Assembly (NCBI GenBank): GCA_965220745.1
Contig: CBDCQT010000011.1
Span: 64,001 to 128,000, forward strand
DNA from: Alphaproteobacteria bacterium
Lineage (GTDB): Bacteria; Pseudomonadota; Alphaproteobacteria; UBA828
Reading direction: 5' to 3'
DNA length: 64,000 bases
Shown: piece after piece, positions 28,313 through 38,259 of the stretch
How positions within the stretch are numbered: position 1 is the first letter of the stretch
Layout: each line of letters opens with the position of its first letter
Made by a program: the position numbers and the translations under genes
Notes under the pieces: generated by a model
What the model saw: only the letters and a program-made list of their open reading frames with translations
What the model was told of the DNA's origin: nothing
Database searches by the model: none

Positions 28313-29227
28313 CTAAAGCCCCGCTTCCCCACCCACCGTCTTGTTCGATCCAAACGGCACGCGCCTGCGAAAGTCCGCAGCCATCTCCGCGTGAGTGACC
28401 ATCCTGGCACCCTGATGCCTCAGAATATGGTCGACGAGGCGCTCCAGCGCCAACATGACGTGGGGCTTCGACGCGGCGTCGGGATGCATCCCTAATGGGT
28501 ACACGGCGTAGTCGTGATTGCGGTAAATCCAGTCGAAGAAGTCGATCCAGATTTGGCCGATCTGTTGACCCGTGACCCAACCGTGGCTGTTGGGCGCGGT
28601 CTTCACGAACATTGTGGGCGGGGCATCGTCCAGGTGCCAGCTGAGGGGAATTTCGACGATGTCGACTTCCTTCCCCGGCACCCACGGCTTCATCCAGTCC
28701 GCGGCATCTCTCGTATAGTCGATCTTCGTCCAGCTATCTCCCGTCCTCAAGTAGTACGGAAAGCAGTCCTCCTCCATCATGCTGTACTCGTGTGAAAAGC
28801 CGCGCTCGAGCAGCAAATCCACGGTGATGGAGGAGAATTCGGCCCACGGTGTCGCATAGCCTCTTGGCCTTTGGCCGGTCAACGCCTGGCAGAGCTCGAT
28901 ACTCTTGTCGAGAACATCCCTCTCCTGCTGGGCACTCATCGCGATCGGGTTCTCGTGGGAATAGCCGTGGACGCCGATTTCGTGGCCGTCCTTCGCGATC
29001 ATTTCGGCCGCTTTGGGGAAGCTCTCCATTGAGTGCCCGGTAATGTGCCAGGTCGTCGTGATGTCGTAGCGGCGGAAGAATTCCAGCAGGCGGGGGACGC
29101 CGCGCTTCGCCGCGAAGACGCCGCGAGAAATATCGCAGGGTGAATCGGCGCCGCCGAACGAGCCGAGCCAGAGGGACACGGCGTCGAAGTGCGGATTGAA
29201 GCAAACCTGGATGTCCTTTTCTGCCAT
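28313..29227 (-). CDS. Polysaccharide deacetylase (CE4; PuuE / H. pylori PgdA-like), copy 2
   Basis: DAVSLWLGSFGGADSPCDISRG, HEIGVHGYSHENP, WHLDD, HPD. Confidence 0.88.
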   Translation of the reverse strand: MAEKDIQVCFNPHFDAVSLWLGSFGGADSPCDISRGVFAAKRGVPRLLEFFRRYDITTTWHITGHSMESFPKAAEMIAKDGHEIGVHGYSHENPIAMSAQQERDVLDKSIELCQALTGQRPRGYATPWAEFSSITVDLLLERGFSHEYSMMEEDCFPYYLRTGDSWTKIDYTRDAADWMKPWVPGKEVDIVEIPLSWHLDDAPPTMFVKTAPNSHGWVTGQQIGQIWIDFFDWIYRNHDYAVYPLGMHPDAASKPHVMLALERLVDHILRHQGARMVTHAEMAADFRRRVPFGSNKTVGGEAGL

Positions 29228-29309
29228 CTTGCTGTCCTCCCGAAGCACCCCACGGATTGAACCGGCCGGCCAGCGCCACGCGGATCACGATTCTGGTGAG
29301 CACTCCATG

Positions 29310-30224
29310 CTACAGCCCGGCTTCCCCGCCGACCGTGTTGCTTGATCCGAACGGCACGCGCTTGCGAAAGTCCGCAGCCATCTCCGCGTGGGTGACCATC
29401 CTGACGCCCTGATGTCTCAGGATGTGGTCGACCAGCCGCTCCATCGCCAACATGACGTGAGGCTTGGCCGCGGCGTCGGGATGGAGCGCCAGGGGATAAA
29501 TCGCGTAGTCGTGGTTGCGGTAAATCCAGTCGAAGTAGTCGAGCCAGATCTGGCCGATCTCCTGCCCCGTGATCCAGCCGTGGCTGTTGGGCGCGGTCTT
29601 CACGAACATCGTGGGCGGTGCATCGTCCAGATGCCAACTGAGGGGAATTTCGACAATGTCGACTTCCTTCCCCGGCACCCAGGGCTTCATCCAGTCCGCG
29701 GCATCTCTCGTATAGTCGATCTTGGTCCAGCTATCTCCGGTCCGCAGGTAATACGGAAAACAGTCTTCCTCCATCATGCTGAACTCGTGTGAAAAGCCGC
29801 ATTCCAGCAGCAAGTCCACGGTGATGGGGGTGAATTCCGCCCACGGTGTCGCATAGCCCCTTGGCCTTTCGCCGGTCAACGCCTGGCAAAGCTCGATGCT
29901 CTTTTCGAGAACGTCCCTCTCCTGCTGGGGGCTCATGGCGAGCGGGTTTTCATGGGAGTAGCCGTGCACGCCGATCTCGTGGCCGTCCTTCGCGATCATC
30001 TCGGCTGCTTTCGGGAAGCTCTCGATCGAGTGCCCGGTGATGTGCCAAGTCGTCGTGATGCCGTAGCGCCGGAAGAAGTCCAGCAGACGGGGGACACCGC
30101 GCTTCGCCGCAAAGACGCCGCGCGAAATGTCGCAGGGCGAATCAGCGCCGCCGAACGAGCCAAGCCAAAGGGATACGGCGTCGAAGTGGGGGTTGAAGCA
30201 AACCTGGATGTCTTTTTCTGCCAT
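29310..30224 (-). CDS. Polysaccharide deacetylase (CE4; PuuE / H. pylori PgdA-like), copy 1
   Basis: Same motifs and length (304 aa) as copy 2; 24 aa differences by manual count. Confidence 0.88.
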   Translation of the reverse strand: MAEKDIQVCFNPHFDAVSLWLGSFGGADSPCDISRGVFAAKRGVPRLLDFFRRYGITTTWHITGHSIESFPKAAEMIAKDGHEIGVHGYSHENPLAMSPQQERDVLEKSIELCQALTGERPRGYATPWAEFTPITVDLLLECGFSHEFSMMEEDCFPYYLRTGDSWTKIDYTRDAADWMKPWVPGKEVDIVEIPLSWHLDDAPPTMFVKTAPNSHGWITGQEIGQIWLDYFDWIYRNHDYAIYPLALHPDAAAKPHVMLAMERLVDHILRHQGVRMVTHAEMAADFRKRVPFGSSNTVGGEAGL

Positions 30225-30245
30225 CTTTCAGTTCTCCTTTGGCGA

Positions 30246-31271
30246 TCATTCGCCGGCCGCTGTCTGCCCGTCGTCGCCGGCGCGCCGGGTACGCCAGATG
30301 CGTCGGCGCACGTTGAGTCCGCCGGTTCTGCTCAGCTGGGCGAGCGACACGGCAATGATGAGTGCGCCGCCGTAAAAGAAGCTCTGCACAAACGTGGGCA
30401 GTCCGAGGATGGCGAGCCCCGTTATGCCGGTGACGAGAAAGTACACGGAGAGGAAGGCGCCCCACGGATTGAACTGACCGGGCATGATCGTGGTGGAGCC
30501 GAGAAAGGCCGCCGCAAAGGCCGGCAGCAGCATCGTGAGCGCCGACGTGGGATCGACGCCCCCGGCCGCGCCCGCGTACATGATGCCCGCAACGGCGGCC
30601 AACACGCTGCAAGACACGAACGACAGCGTCCGAACCCGCCCGACCGCAATGCCATTGAGTTTGGAGACTTCTCTCGATTTACCCACAAACAAATGCTGGC
30701 GCCCAATGGGCGTAAATTCGAAGACGAGCCAGACAACCAAACAAATTCCGACCGCAATGTAGAAGCTGAACGGAAGGCCGCCGATGTCGCGATTTGTTAT
30801 CAGGACCACCAGCCAGTCGGACAAACCGGTATAGGAGTTCGAATTACTGATCCATAAGACAATGCCGGCTAATATGGTCCCCATGCCCAGCGTCATGATG
30901 AAGCTGTCGATGCCGACGAGGATGCAGAAGAAAGCGTTGACCAGTCCCACCGTGATTGCCATGCCAATGGCAATCCCGATCGCCGGCCCGATATCCATGC
31001 CGTACCTGATGTTAAGAACACCGACGATATTGCTCGACAGTGTCATCACGGCGGCCACCGACAGGTCATAGTCGCCGCCCCTGAGCGTGACCACCGTCGC
31101 GATGGTGAGCACAACAATCGGCGCCGCAGAAGCCAGAATCGAGGTCATCGTTCTCGGAACGAGGAACGCGTTGGGGGCCATCGCACCGAAAAATATGATG
31201 ATCGCGATGAAGCACAGCGGCACGGAGAGCCGCCGCAGGAGTTGACCGTAATCGAGACGCGTCAGCTCCAC
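30246..31271 (-). CDS. Monosaccharide-type ABC importer permease (RbsC-like)
   Basis: GGDYDLSVAA, IDSFIMTLGM, TPIGRQHLFVG, FAAAFLGST; multiple TM helices. Confidence 0.9.
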   Translation of the reverse strand: MELTRLDYGQLLRRLSVPLCFIAIIIFFGAMAPNAFLVPRTMTSILASAAPIVVLTIATVVTLRGGDYDLSVAAVMTLSSNIVGVLNIRYGMDIGPAIGIAIGMAITVGLVNAFFCILVGIDSFIMTLGMGTILAGIVLWISNSNSYTGLSDWLVVLITNRDIGGLPFSFYIAVGICLVVWLVFEFTPIGRQHLFVGKSREVSKLNGIAVGRVRTLSFVSCSVLAAVAGIMYAGAAGGVDPTSALTMLLPAFAAAFLGSTTIMPGQFNPWGAFLSVYFLVTGITGLAILGLPTFVQSFFYGGALIIAVSLAQLSRTGGLNVRRRIWRTRRAGDDGQTAAGE

Positions 31272-31311
31272 AGTCGCACCATCGGACGCAGGGTGGCTTG
31301 GCCTGCCACGC

Positions 31312-32904
31312 TCAAACCCTCGCTTCGACCGGCCGGTTCATCGAGGCCAGGCGCGAGCCCCATTCATAGCAGGCCTCGCCGATGGAGCGCTTGTTGACTT
31401 CTGCTCCGCTCAGCTCGGCCTGTATGAAGCCTCCACCGAAGACGAGTACCCGGTCGCAGATTTCGGCCAACTGTTCCCAATCCGAGCTCGCAATGAGGAC
31501 GGTGCCGCCTGCCCTCGCGAACTGGTCGAGCAGTTCCAGAATGTCCTCGTGGGCCGCGATGTCGACCGCCTGCGTCGGCTCATCGAGCAGGAGCACGCGC
31601 TTCCCCGCCGCGAGCCACTTTGCGACCAGCACCTTCTGGCGGTTGCCGCCGCTCAGCGTCTTGAGCAAGGCGTTCATAGCCGGCGTGATGATGCCGTACC
31701 GAGCAACCGTGTCCCGGGCCGCCGCGCCGAGCTTCGGCCGCGAGACCCACGGATTGAGGCCTGCGCGCGGCTTGAGAAGCTGGACCGTGAGATTGTCCGT
31801 TACCGAGAGCTCGAGCGCCACGCCGGCCTTGTCTCGCTCGAGGGGCACCAGGCCCACCCCCATCCTGACCGCGTTCTCGGGGCTATGGCGCTTGAGATTG
31901 GCACTTTCGCCTTCGACGCTGATCTCGCCGGATGCGTTCTCCTTGAGCCCGAAGAGCGCTTGATTGACATCGGCGTAGCCAGAGCCGACGAGCCCGGCGA
32001 AGCCCACGATTTCGCCCGCCCTCGCCTCGAACGAAACGCCATCGAGCCCGGACGCGCTCAGATCGGTCGCGCTCAGGCGAGGCTCCCCGGCCGAACGTGC
32101 TTCTCTCGGTCCGGCCTTGTCGAGACTGTGCCCTACGATCATCCGTACGATCTCGGAGGGCTCCGTCGACGCCGTCTCGACCCTCCCGGCCACTTCGCCG
32201 TCGCGCAGGACCGTCGCGACGGTCGTGACCTCCATGATCTCGTCCAGGTCGTGGGAGACGAGCATCAGCGCGTGGCCGGCCTCGGCAAGCGAGGCGAAGG
32301 TGCGGTAGAGATCGCGCTTCTCGTCCAGACTCATGGCCGCGGTCGGCTCATCGAGAATGAGCACGCGGCGGCCATCGGAATCGACGCGGCGGCCACCGGA
32401 GTCGGAACCGGATACCTCCCTGATCGCCCTGGCAATGGCGACCAACGCACGGTCTCCCAAACTGAGGGTCGAGACCGGATCTTCCGGTCGGCTGTTGATC
32501 GAATAGCGCTCCAGGACTTCTCTGGTCGCGCGAGCCATCTGCTTCCGCGACTGCTTCCGCCTTCCCGAAGCGATCTCGGAGACGAAGAGGTTCTCCAGAA
32601 TCGATATTTCGGGGATGAGGGCCTTGTCCTGATGAACGAAGCTCAGACCAAGGCCACGCGCTTCCCCCGGCTTGAGCGGGAAGGAGAGCGGCGAACCCCA
32701 CAGCGTTGCGGCCGCACCGGAGTCCGGCTCGTGGTAGCCCGACAGTATCTTGATGAGAGTGGACTTGCCCGACCCGTTCGCGCCGAGCAAGCCGTGAATT
32801 TGGCCGGGGATGAGGTCTAAACCAACGTCCTTCAGAACCGTGTTGTTCCCAAAGGTCTTGGATAGACTCTCAATCCCCAGCGCGACTTCAGAAGCCGACG
32901 TCAC
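31312..32904 (-). CDS. Monosaccharide-type ABC importer ATPase (two NBDs)
   Basis: GANGSGKST, ILDEPTA, LSGGNRQKV, LLDEPTQAVD. Confidence 0.92.
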   Translation of the reverse strand: MTSASEVALGIESLSKTFGNNTVLKDVGLDLIPGQIHGLLGANGSGKSTLIKILSGYHEPDSGAAATLWGSPLSFPLKPGEARGLGLSFVHQDKALIPEISILENLFVSEIASGRRKQSRKQMARATREVLERYSINSRPEDPVSTLSLGDRALVAIARAIREVSGSDSGGRRVDSDGRRVLILDEPTAAMSLDEKRDLYRTFASLAEAGHALMLVSHDLDEIMEVTTVATVLRDGEVAGRVETASTEPSEIVRMIVGHSLDKAGPREARSAGEPRLSATDLSASGLDGVSFEARAGEIVGFAGLVGSGYADVNQALFGLKENASGEISVEGESANLKRHSPENAVRMGVGLVPLERDKAGVALELSVTDNLTVQLLKPRAGLNPWVSRPKLGAAARDTVARYGIITPAMNALLKTLSGGNRQKVLVAKWLAAGKRVLLLDEPTQAVDIAAHEDILELLDQFARAGGTVLIASSDWEQLAEICDRVLVFGGGFIQAELSGAEVNKRSIGEACYEWGSRLASMNRPVEARV

Positions 32905-32945
32905 GACCGATGTTCGCGGTCGAGCGGCCCACTAAAGCCCGAGGC

Positions 32946-34094
32946 CTATTCCTCGAGTCCCCAAAGCTTGAAGAATCCTTGCCTGACCTTGTCGCCATAG
33001 CCGACCGAGTAGGCTGCAGGGGTGCCGGCTTCGGCCACGTTCGACGAATCCCAGATACGCATCGGTATCTTCCGATCGACCGGGGGATTCTCTTCGCCGA
33101 GCAGGAGCCGAGCGGCCAGGTCAAGGAGCGACAGCCCGATGTGTTCGTTGCTCTCGCCCACATCCATCAGCACGTAGTCGCCCTTGGCAATTTCATCGAG
33201 GACCGATGGCGTGCCCGCATAGGTGACGACGTGAACCGTGCCGGGATCCGCCAGTTGCCTGAGCACCGGCACGATGTAAGGCGTTTCCGGGTCATAGAGC
33301 GGCAGGATGTAGTTGAGCTCCGGATCGGCCAGCATCGCGCCCCGCACCGCGGCGGGCACCGTGGTGGCCCATTGCGCTACGGTCGCGTTCGCAATCGAAA
33401 CTTCACAATTCGGACAGTACTTTTCCAGCCCGTCCACGATTGCCTTAGTCTGAACCGGCGAACCCGTGATTTCATCCGACTTGATGATCAGCACATGCGC
33501 GTTGCCCTCGGAGTGCAACGCGGTGTACGCCGCTTGCAGGAGGCCGCAAATCTCGTAAGGCGCCCCCACCGTCGCCTCGACATTGGCCGAGATACCCTGC
33601 GTGAGCCCGGACGCATGGGAATCCATCACCTTGATACCGGCGGCCTTGGCTTCCGCGAGTTGCGGACCCAGGAGCCGCGGATCCGAGCCTCCTGTCAGGT
33701 CGATGACCGCAGCGCCATCGGTGATGGCTTGCGCAATCCCCCGCTGATGTTCGGCCAGCGATCCCTGATTCTGCCAGTCCTTGAACTGGAAGCCGATGAT
33801 CGGCTCCAGCTTGCGAATGCTGGAGTAGATACCCTCGGTAAACGGATTGGCACTGGTCACCGAGATGCCATAGATCAACTTGCCGCCGAGCGCCGCCTTG
33901 ATGTCGATCGGGTCTCCCGGTGCCACGAAGTCCGGCTCGCCCCGGTAACTGGCGATCAACTCTTCGAGTTCGGCTCTGAGTTCCGGCGTCAGGCTGGATT
34001 CTTCCGCCGTGCCATTCGACGAAAACCCAACCAACGCCACGGATGCCGCGAGCAGACCGACGGCGGCTATCCTCTTTGGTTTAAGAAAGTTCAT
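32946..34094 (-). CDS. ABC importer periplasmic substrate-binding protein (type I, sugar-like)
   Basis: Signal peptide MNFLKPKRIAAVGLLAAS; NPFT..GI; first gene of the ABC operon, RBS GGGAGG. Confidence 0.82.
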   Translation of the reverse strand: MNFLKPKRIAAVGLLAASVALVGFSSNGTAEESSLTPELRAELEELIASYRGEPDFVAPGDPIDIKAALGGKLIYGISVTSANPFTEGIYSSIRKLEPIIGFQFKDWQNQGSLAEHQRGIAQAITDGAAVIDLTGGSDPRLLGPQLAEAKAAGIKVMDSHASGLTQGISANVEATVGAPYEICGLLQAAYTALHSEGNAHVLIIKSDEITGSPVQTKAIVDGLEKYCPNCEVSIANATVAQWATTVPAAVRGAMLADPELNYILPLYDPETPYIVPVLRQLADPGTVHVVTYAGTPSVLDEIAKGDYVLMDVGESNEHIGLSLLDLAARLLLGEENPPVDRKIPMRIWDSSNVAEAGTPAAYSVGYGDKVRQGFFKLWGLEE

Positions 34095-34436
34095 TGTTAG
34101 CCTCCCCATGAATTTCTAGTTAGTTTTTTGCGGCAATGAGAATTAGTTCCCACGCCTTTGCCGCGACCCGAGCCTACAATTCCCACGGGATGACAAGTTG
34201 CCATTCTCAAGCGCGCATCGCATTCGATGCAGATCAGCGGCACACTACTAGGCTTAGCAGATGGGGTGGAGGCCCACAAGACGAAAGGCTGGGGGACGCC
34301 GGGGAGCGAACAGGCGATGAGCCCTCATGGCAAATCGCAAATGGGCGCATCAGTGAGGCAAGGCTTACTCCTCCGGCCGTACCGAGAGCTTTCCAACCCT
34401 GGGACAGCGCGCCCGCTGCCGCAGCCGATCTTGGCG

Positions 34437-35546
34437 TCAGACCTCCGTCCGCACGGCGTCCGCCGCGAGCGGCGCGAGACGCGCCGGACTGAAAGGCGCG
34501 AGGTCCACGCGGCTGCTTGCTCCATCGGCGATCAGCTCAGCCACCGCCTCGCCGGTGGCCGGGGCGTTCAGCATCCCCCACACGCTGTGCGCGGTCGCCA
34601 CATAAGCGCCCTCAATACCGGGGACGGCGCCGATGAGCGGCAAGCCGTCCTCGACGACGGGGCGATAGCAGGCCTGCTCCGCCAGCACCTCCGCATCGCC
34701 TAGCGCGGGCGCAACCTGCGTCGTCATGGCGCGGAGACGGGCCGCACCGCCTTCCTCCGGCGCCACGGCGGCGGGGTCCACCGGCAACGGCGCCTCGCTG
34801 GAGAGGCCGCAGACATAGGTCGTGCCGTCGGGCCGGGGATAGACCTCCGGCGAGGCGAAATCGCCCGTGGCCGTCTCGAGCTCCACGAAGAGCGCGTGGG
34901 GCACCGGCTCGGGCGTGTAACGGAAGATCACGCTGTGACCCTTCAGGCCGTAGACCGCCGGCAGCGGCAACCAGCGGCTCGCCAGCACCGACCACGGGCC
35001 CATGGCGATGACGACCGCATCGCCCGCGACCTCCTGTCCATCCACCACGACACCGCGCACGCCGCCGCCCTCGCCGAACACGAGGCCACTGACCGAGCCC
35101 ATGAGCAGGCGCGCGCCCGCTCCAATCGCCGCGCGCATCATGGCCTTGGTGAAGTCCGCCGGGTTGACCTGGGCCGTGGTTTCGCTGGTGCCGAGCCGGC
35201 GGTGGACGGCCGAATCCTGCGCCAGCCAGCCGGGCCCGTCGAGCCGCCGGAAGGAGGCAACGTCCCGGCGCGCGCTGGCAACCACTCCGAGCGTGTCGAG
35301 CCTGCGGTAGCCCCACTCGTCGTCGATCGTCTCGGCAAGCTCGGCGTGCAAGGCGAAGCTGCGCCGCGCCAGAGGCCCGACCGGCGAGCCGTCGCACCAG
35401 TCGAGCGCCAGAAACCCGCCCGACTTGCCCGAGGCCGCGTTGGCGATGCCGGTGCGCTCGATCACTACGGCTTCGATGCCGCGCTGGCCGAGGAAATAGG
35501 CGATCGACGTGCCGATCACGCCGCCGCCGCAAATCAACACGCGCAT
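34437..35546 (-). CDS. FAD-dependent oxidoreductase, DAO / glycine oxidase family
   Basis: ICGGGVIG, ASGKSGGFL, QACYRP..DGLPLIG, HSVWGMLNAPATG. Confidence 0.88.
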   Translation of the reverse strand: MRVLICGGGVIGTSIAYFLGQRGIEAVVIERTGIANAASGKSGGFLALDWCDGSPVGPLARRSFALHAELAETIDDEWGYRRLDTLGVVASARRDVASFRRLDGPGWLAQDSAVHRRLGTSETTAQVNPADFTKAMMRAAIGAGARLLMGSVSGLVFGEGGGVRGVVVDGQEVAGDAVVIAMGPWSVLASRWLPLPAVYGLKGHSVIFRYTPEPVPHALFVELETATGDFASPEVYPRPDGTTYVCGLSSEAPLPVDPAAVAPEEGGAARLRAMTTQVAPALGDAEVLAEQACYRPVVEDGLPLIGAVPGIEGAYVATAHSVWGMLNAPATGEAVAELIADGASSRVDLAPFSPARLAPLAADAVRTEV

Positions 35547-35704
35547 CAGCACCCCGCGACGGCCGGCCATCGCCACCAACTAGACATTACGACTTCCTCA
35601 TTGGGCCCGAAGCATCGAACCCTGCGCCGGCCCTGCTGCGGTTGCAACAGCCAACTCGTCCGCTACAGTCGGCGCCCTTTTGATCCACAGATGGACGGAC
35701 ACTC

Positions 35705-36088
35705 ATGCTCAACCGCGAGGAACTGATCGCCCTCGTCGAGGACGCCTACTTCTCCAACGTCGACAACAAGAAACTGGAGCCTGCGGTTGCGTGCTTCGCG
35801 GAAGATGCCGAGCTCCGCATCCAGTCGGCGCACGTGAGCCATGTCGGGCACGATCAGATCAGGCGCATGTTCAGCGACTTCATGGCCGCGACCAAGATCA
35901 TCTACCACGGCGACTTCAGCCATGTCGTTGACGTGGAGAACCAGTGGATTGCCTCGCAGTTCGTCGCCCGCAACGACTACGACGACGGCTGCCACGTGGA
36001 GATGCGCAACTGCAACTTCTTCCAGATCGAAGACGACCGCTTCAAGCGCGTGACCATCTACATGACCGACGAGAACCCGCTGGTCTGA
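35705..36088 (+). CDS. SnoaL/NTF2-like protein
   Basis: LVEDAYF..D..FAEDA..GHDQIRRMF..CNFFQIEDDRFKRVTIY. Confidence 0.8.
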   Translation: MLNREELIALVEDAYFSNVDNKKLEPAVACFAEDAELRIQSAHVSHVGHDQIRRMFSDFMAATKIIYHGDFSHVVDVENQWIASQFVARNDYDDGCHVEMRNCNFFQIEDDRFKRVTIYMTDENPLV

Positions 36089-36165
36089 TCGCGCTTCAGT
36101 CCCCCTTCCTTGCGACGTCCCGCGCTATTCGCCAGACTCGCGGCCTGCACAGGTGAGGAACAGGC

Positions 36166-37176
36166 ATGAGCGACCGCCCGCAGATCGACCCGCCCTACCT
36201 GCTCTTCCTCGGCGACGCGCGCGACGCGCTCGCCGCCAAGACCGCGCGCGGGGTGTTCGTCTTTCGGCCGGAATGGTGCCTCGGCCAGCTCAGACTGCCG
36301 GGCTGCAAACCCCGCCTCGACCTGCCCGAGATGACGGTCGAGGACGCCGCCGCCAAGGGCGCGAAGTGCCTCATCGTCGGCGTCGCCAATGCGGGCGGCG
36401 TGGTCTCAGACAGCTGGACCGCCACCCTCGTGGCAGCACTCGAAGCGGGTCTCGACGTGGCGAGCGGTCTTCATGTGCGGCTCAGCGACCTGCCGGCAGT
36501 GCGCGATGCGGCCGAGGCCAACGGCCGGCATCTCTTCGACGTGCGCCATCCGTCGCAGGAGTTCAAGGTGGGAACGGGTGTCCGCAGAGCCGGCAAGCGC
36601 CTGCTTACGGTGGGCACCGACGCCTCGGTCGGCAAGATGTACGCCACGCTCGCGCTGGAAGCCGAATGGCGCCGGCGCGGTGTCCCCTGCACCTTCCGCG
36701 CGACCGGGCAGACCGGCATCTTCGTCGCCGGCCGCGGGGTCTCCGTCGATGCGGTGGTGGCCGACTTCATCTCCGGCGCCACCGAGTGGCTCACCCCCGA
36801 GAACGACCCGAATCACTGGGACCTCGTCGAGGGACAGGGCTCGCTCCACCACCCCTCCTACGCGGGCGTGACGCTTGGCCTGATCCACGGCGCCCAGCCG
36901 GATGCCATCGTGGTCTGCCACGAGCCGACACGGACCAACATGCGGGGCCTGCCGGATTGGCCGCTGCCTGAGCTCGACGCCAGCATCGAGGCCAACCTGC
37001 AGGCGGCGCGGCTCACCAATCCCGACGTCGTCTGCGCGGGTATCTGCGTCAACACCGAGGCGCTCGGAGAGGCAGAGGCGGAGGCGCTGCTGGAGGAGCT
37101 GGGAGCGGCCCACGGCCTGCCCTGCGTCGACCCGATCCGCACCGGCGTGGGCCCGATCGCCGACCGCGTGATCTAG
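36166..37176 (+). CDS. dgcN: DUF1611 / D-glutamate N-acetyltransferase
   Basis: PYLLFLGD, AAKTARG, ASGLH, VGTDASVGKM, FRATGQTGI, VEGQGSLHHPSY. Confidence 0.85.
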   Translation: MSDRPQIDPPYLLFLGDARDALAAKTARGVFVFRPEWCLGQLRLPGCKPRLDLPEMTVEDAAAKGAKCLIVGVANAGGVVSDSWTATLVAALEAGLDVASGLHVRLSDLPAVRDAAEANGRHLFDVRHPSQEFKVGTGVRRAGKRLLTVGTDASVGKMYATLALEAEWRRRGVPCTFRATGQTGIFVAGRGVSVDAVVADFISGATEWLTPENDPNHWDLVEGQGSLHHPSYAGVTLGLIHGAQPDAIVVCHEPTRTNMRGLPDWPLPELDASIEANLQAARLTNPDVVCAGICVNTEALGEAEAEALLEELGAAHGLPCVDPIRTGVGPIADRVI

Positions 37177-37188
37177 GAGCCGACGCCG

Positions 37189-38172
37189 GTGAGCCGGCGC
37201 CTCGCCGTGCGCCTCGAATCGTGGCCGCTCGCGAGTGCCTTCCGCATCTCCCGTGGCGCAAAGACCGAAGCCCACGTCGTCGTCGCCGAGATCGCCGACG
37301 GCTCACACACCGGTCGGGGCGAGGCGGTCCCCTACCCCCGATACAACGAGACGCCCGAGGGAACGCGCGCCGAGATCGAAGGCGTGCGAAACGCCGTGGA
37401 AGGCGGTCTCGCCCGCGAAGGTCTGCTGGAGACGCTGCCGCCGGGCGCTGCCCGCAATGCGCTGGACTGCGCGCTCTGGGACCTGGAGGCGAAGCAGGCG
37501 GGCCGCCCGGCCTGGGCGCTGGCGGGCCTGGAGGCGCCGCAGCCTTGCATCACCGCCGTGACGCTCAGCCTCGATACGCCGGAGAAGATGGGCGCGGCTG
37601 CCGCCCACCACGCCGCGCTCCCCCTGCTCAAGCTCAAGGTCACCGGCAAGGGCGACCTCGCGCGCATCGAGGCTGTCCGTGCGAACGCGCCGGGCGCCCG
37701 TCTGATCGTGGATGCGAACGAGGGCTGGACCGTGCCGATGCTGGAGGAGTTCCTGCCGGCTTTCGCCGACCTCGGGGTCGAGATGGTGGAGCAGCCGCTG
37801 CCGGCGGCGGACGACGGCGCGCTCGAAGGCCGGCAATTCGCGATCCCGCTCTGCGCCGATGAGAGCTGCCACACGCGGGAGGACCTGACGCGGCTCGCAG
37901 GCCGCTACCCGATGGTCAACATCAAGCTGGACAAGACCGGGGGGCTCACGGAGGCGCTGACGCTCGCGATGGAGGCGCGGGCCATGGGGTTCGATATCAT
38001 GGTGGGCAGCATGGTCGGCACCTCGCTCGGCATGGCGCCGGCGGCGCTGCTCGCGGGCTTTGCCGACTACGTCGACCTCGACGGCCCGCTGCTGCTGGCC
38101 CGCGACCGCTCGCCGGGACTGAGCTACGACGGCGCGGTCATGGCGCCACCTAAGCCTGCACTTTGGGGGTAG
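37189..38172 (+). CDS. dgcA: N-acetyl-D-Glu racemase / L-Ala-D/L-Glu epimerase (enolase superfamily)
   Basis: FRISRG, KLK, DANEGW, EQP, ADES, NIKLDKTGG, DLDGPLLL; adjacent to dgcN. Confidence 0.85.
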   Translation: MSRRLAVRLESWPLASAFRISRGAKTEAHVVVAEIADGSHTGRGEAVPYPRYNETPEGTRAEIEGVRNAVEGGLAREGLLETLPPGAARNALDCALWDLEAKQAGRPAWALAGLEAPQPCITAVTLSLDTPEKMGAAAAHHAALPLLKLKVTGKGDLARIEAVRANAPGARLIVDANEGWTVPMLEEFLPAFADLGVEMVEQPLPAADDGALEGRQFAIPLCADESCHTREDLTRLAGRYPMVNIKLDKTGGLTEALTLAMEARAMGFDIMVGSMVGTSLGMAPAALLAGFADYVDLDGPLLLARDRSPGLSYDGAVMAPPKPALWG

Positions 38173-38184
38173 CTCGCCTAAAAT

Positions 38185-38211
38185 TCTTTACCGATTGATC
38201 TATAGTAAAGA
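38185..38211. promoter_or_regulatory. Inverted-repeat operator candidate upstream of AbrB-VapC
   Basis: TCTTTAC (38185-38191) / GTAAAGA (38205-38211) in an AT-rich promoter region. Confidence 0.5.
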
Positions 38212-38259
38212 TTGAAATATGGTTTGTCTGAATTGGCCGCGCAAAAATAGGACGACCTC

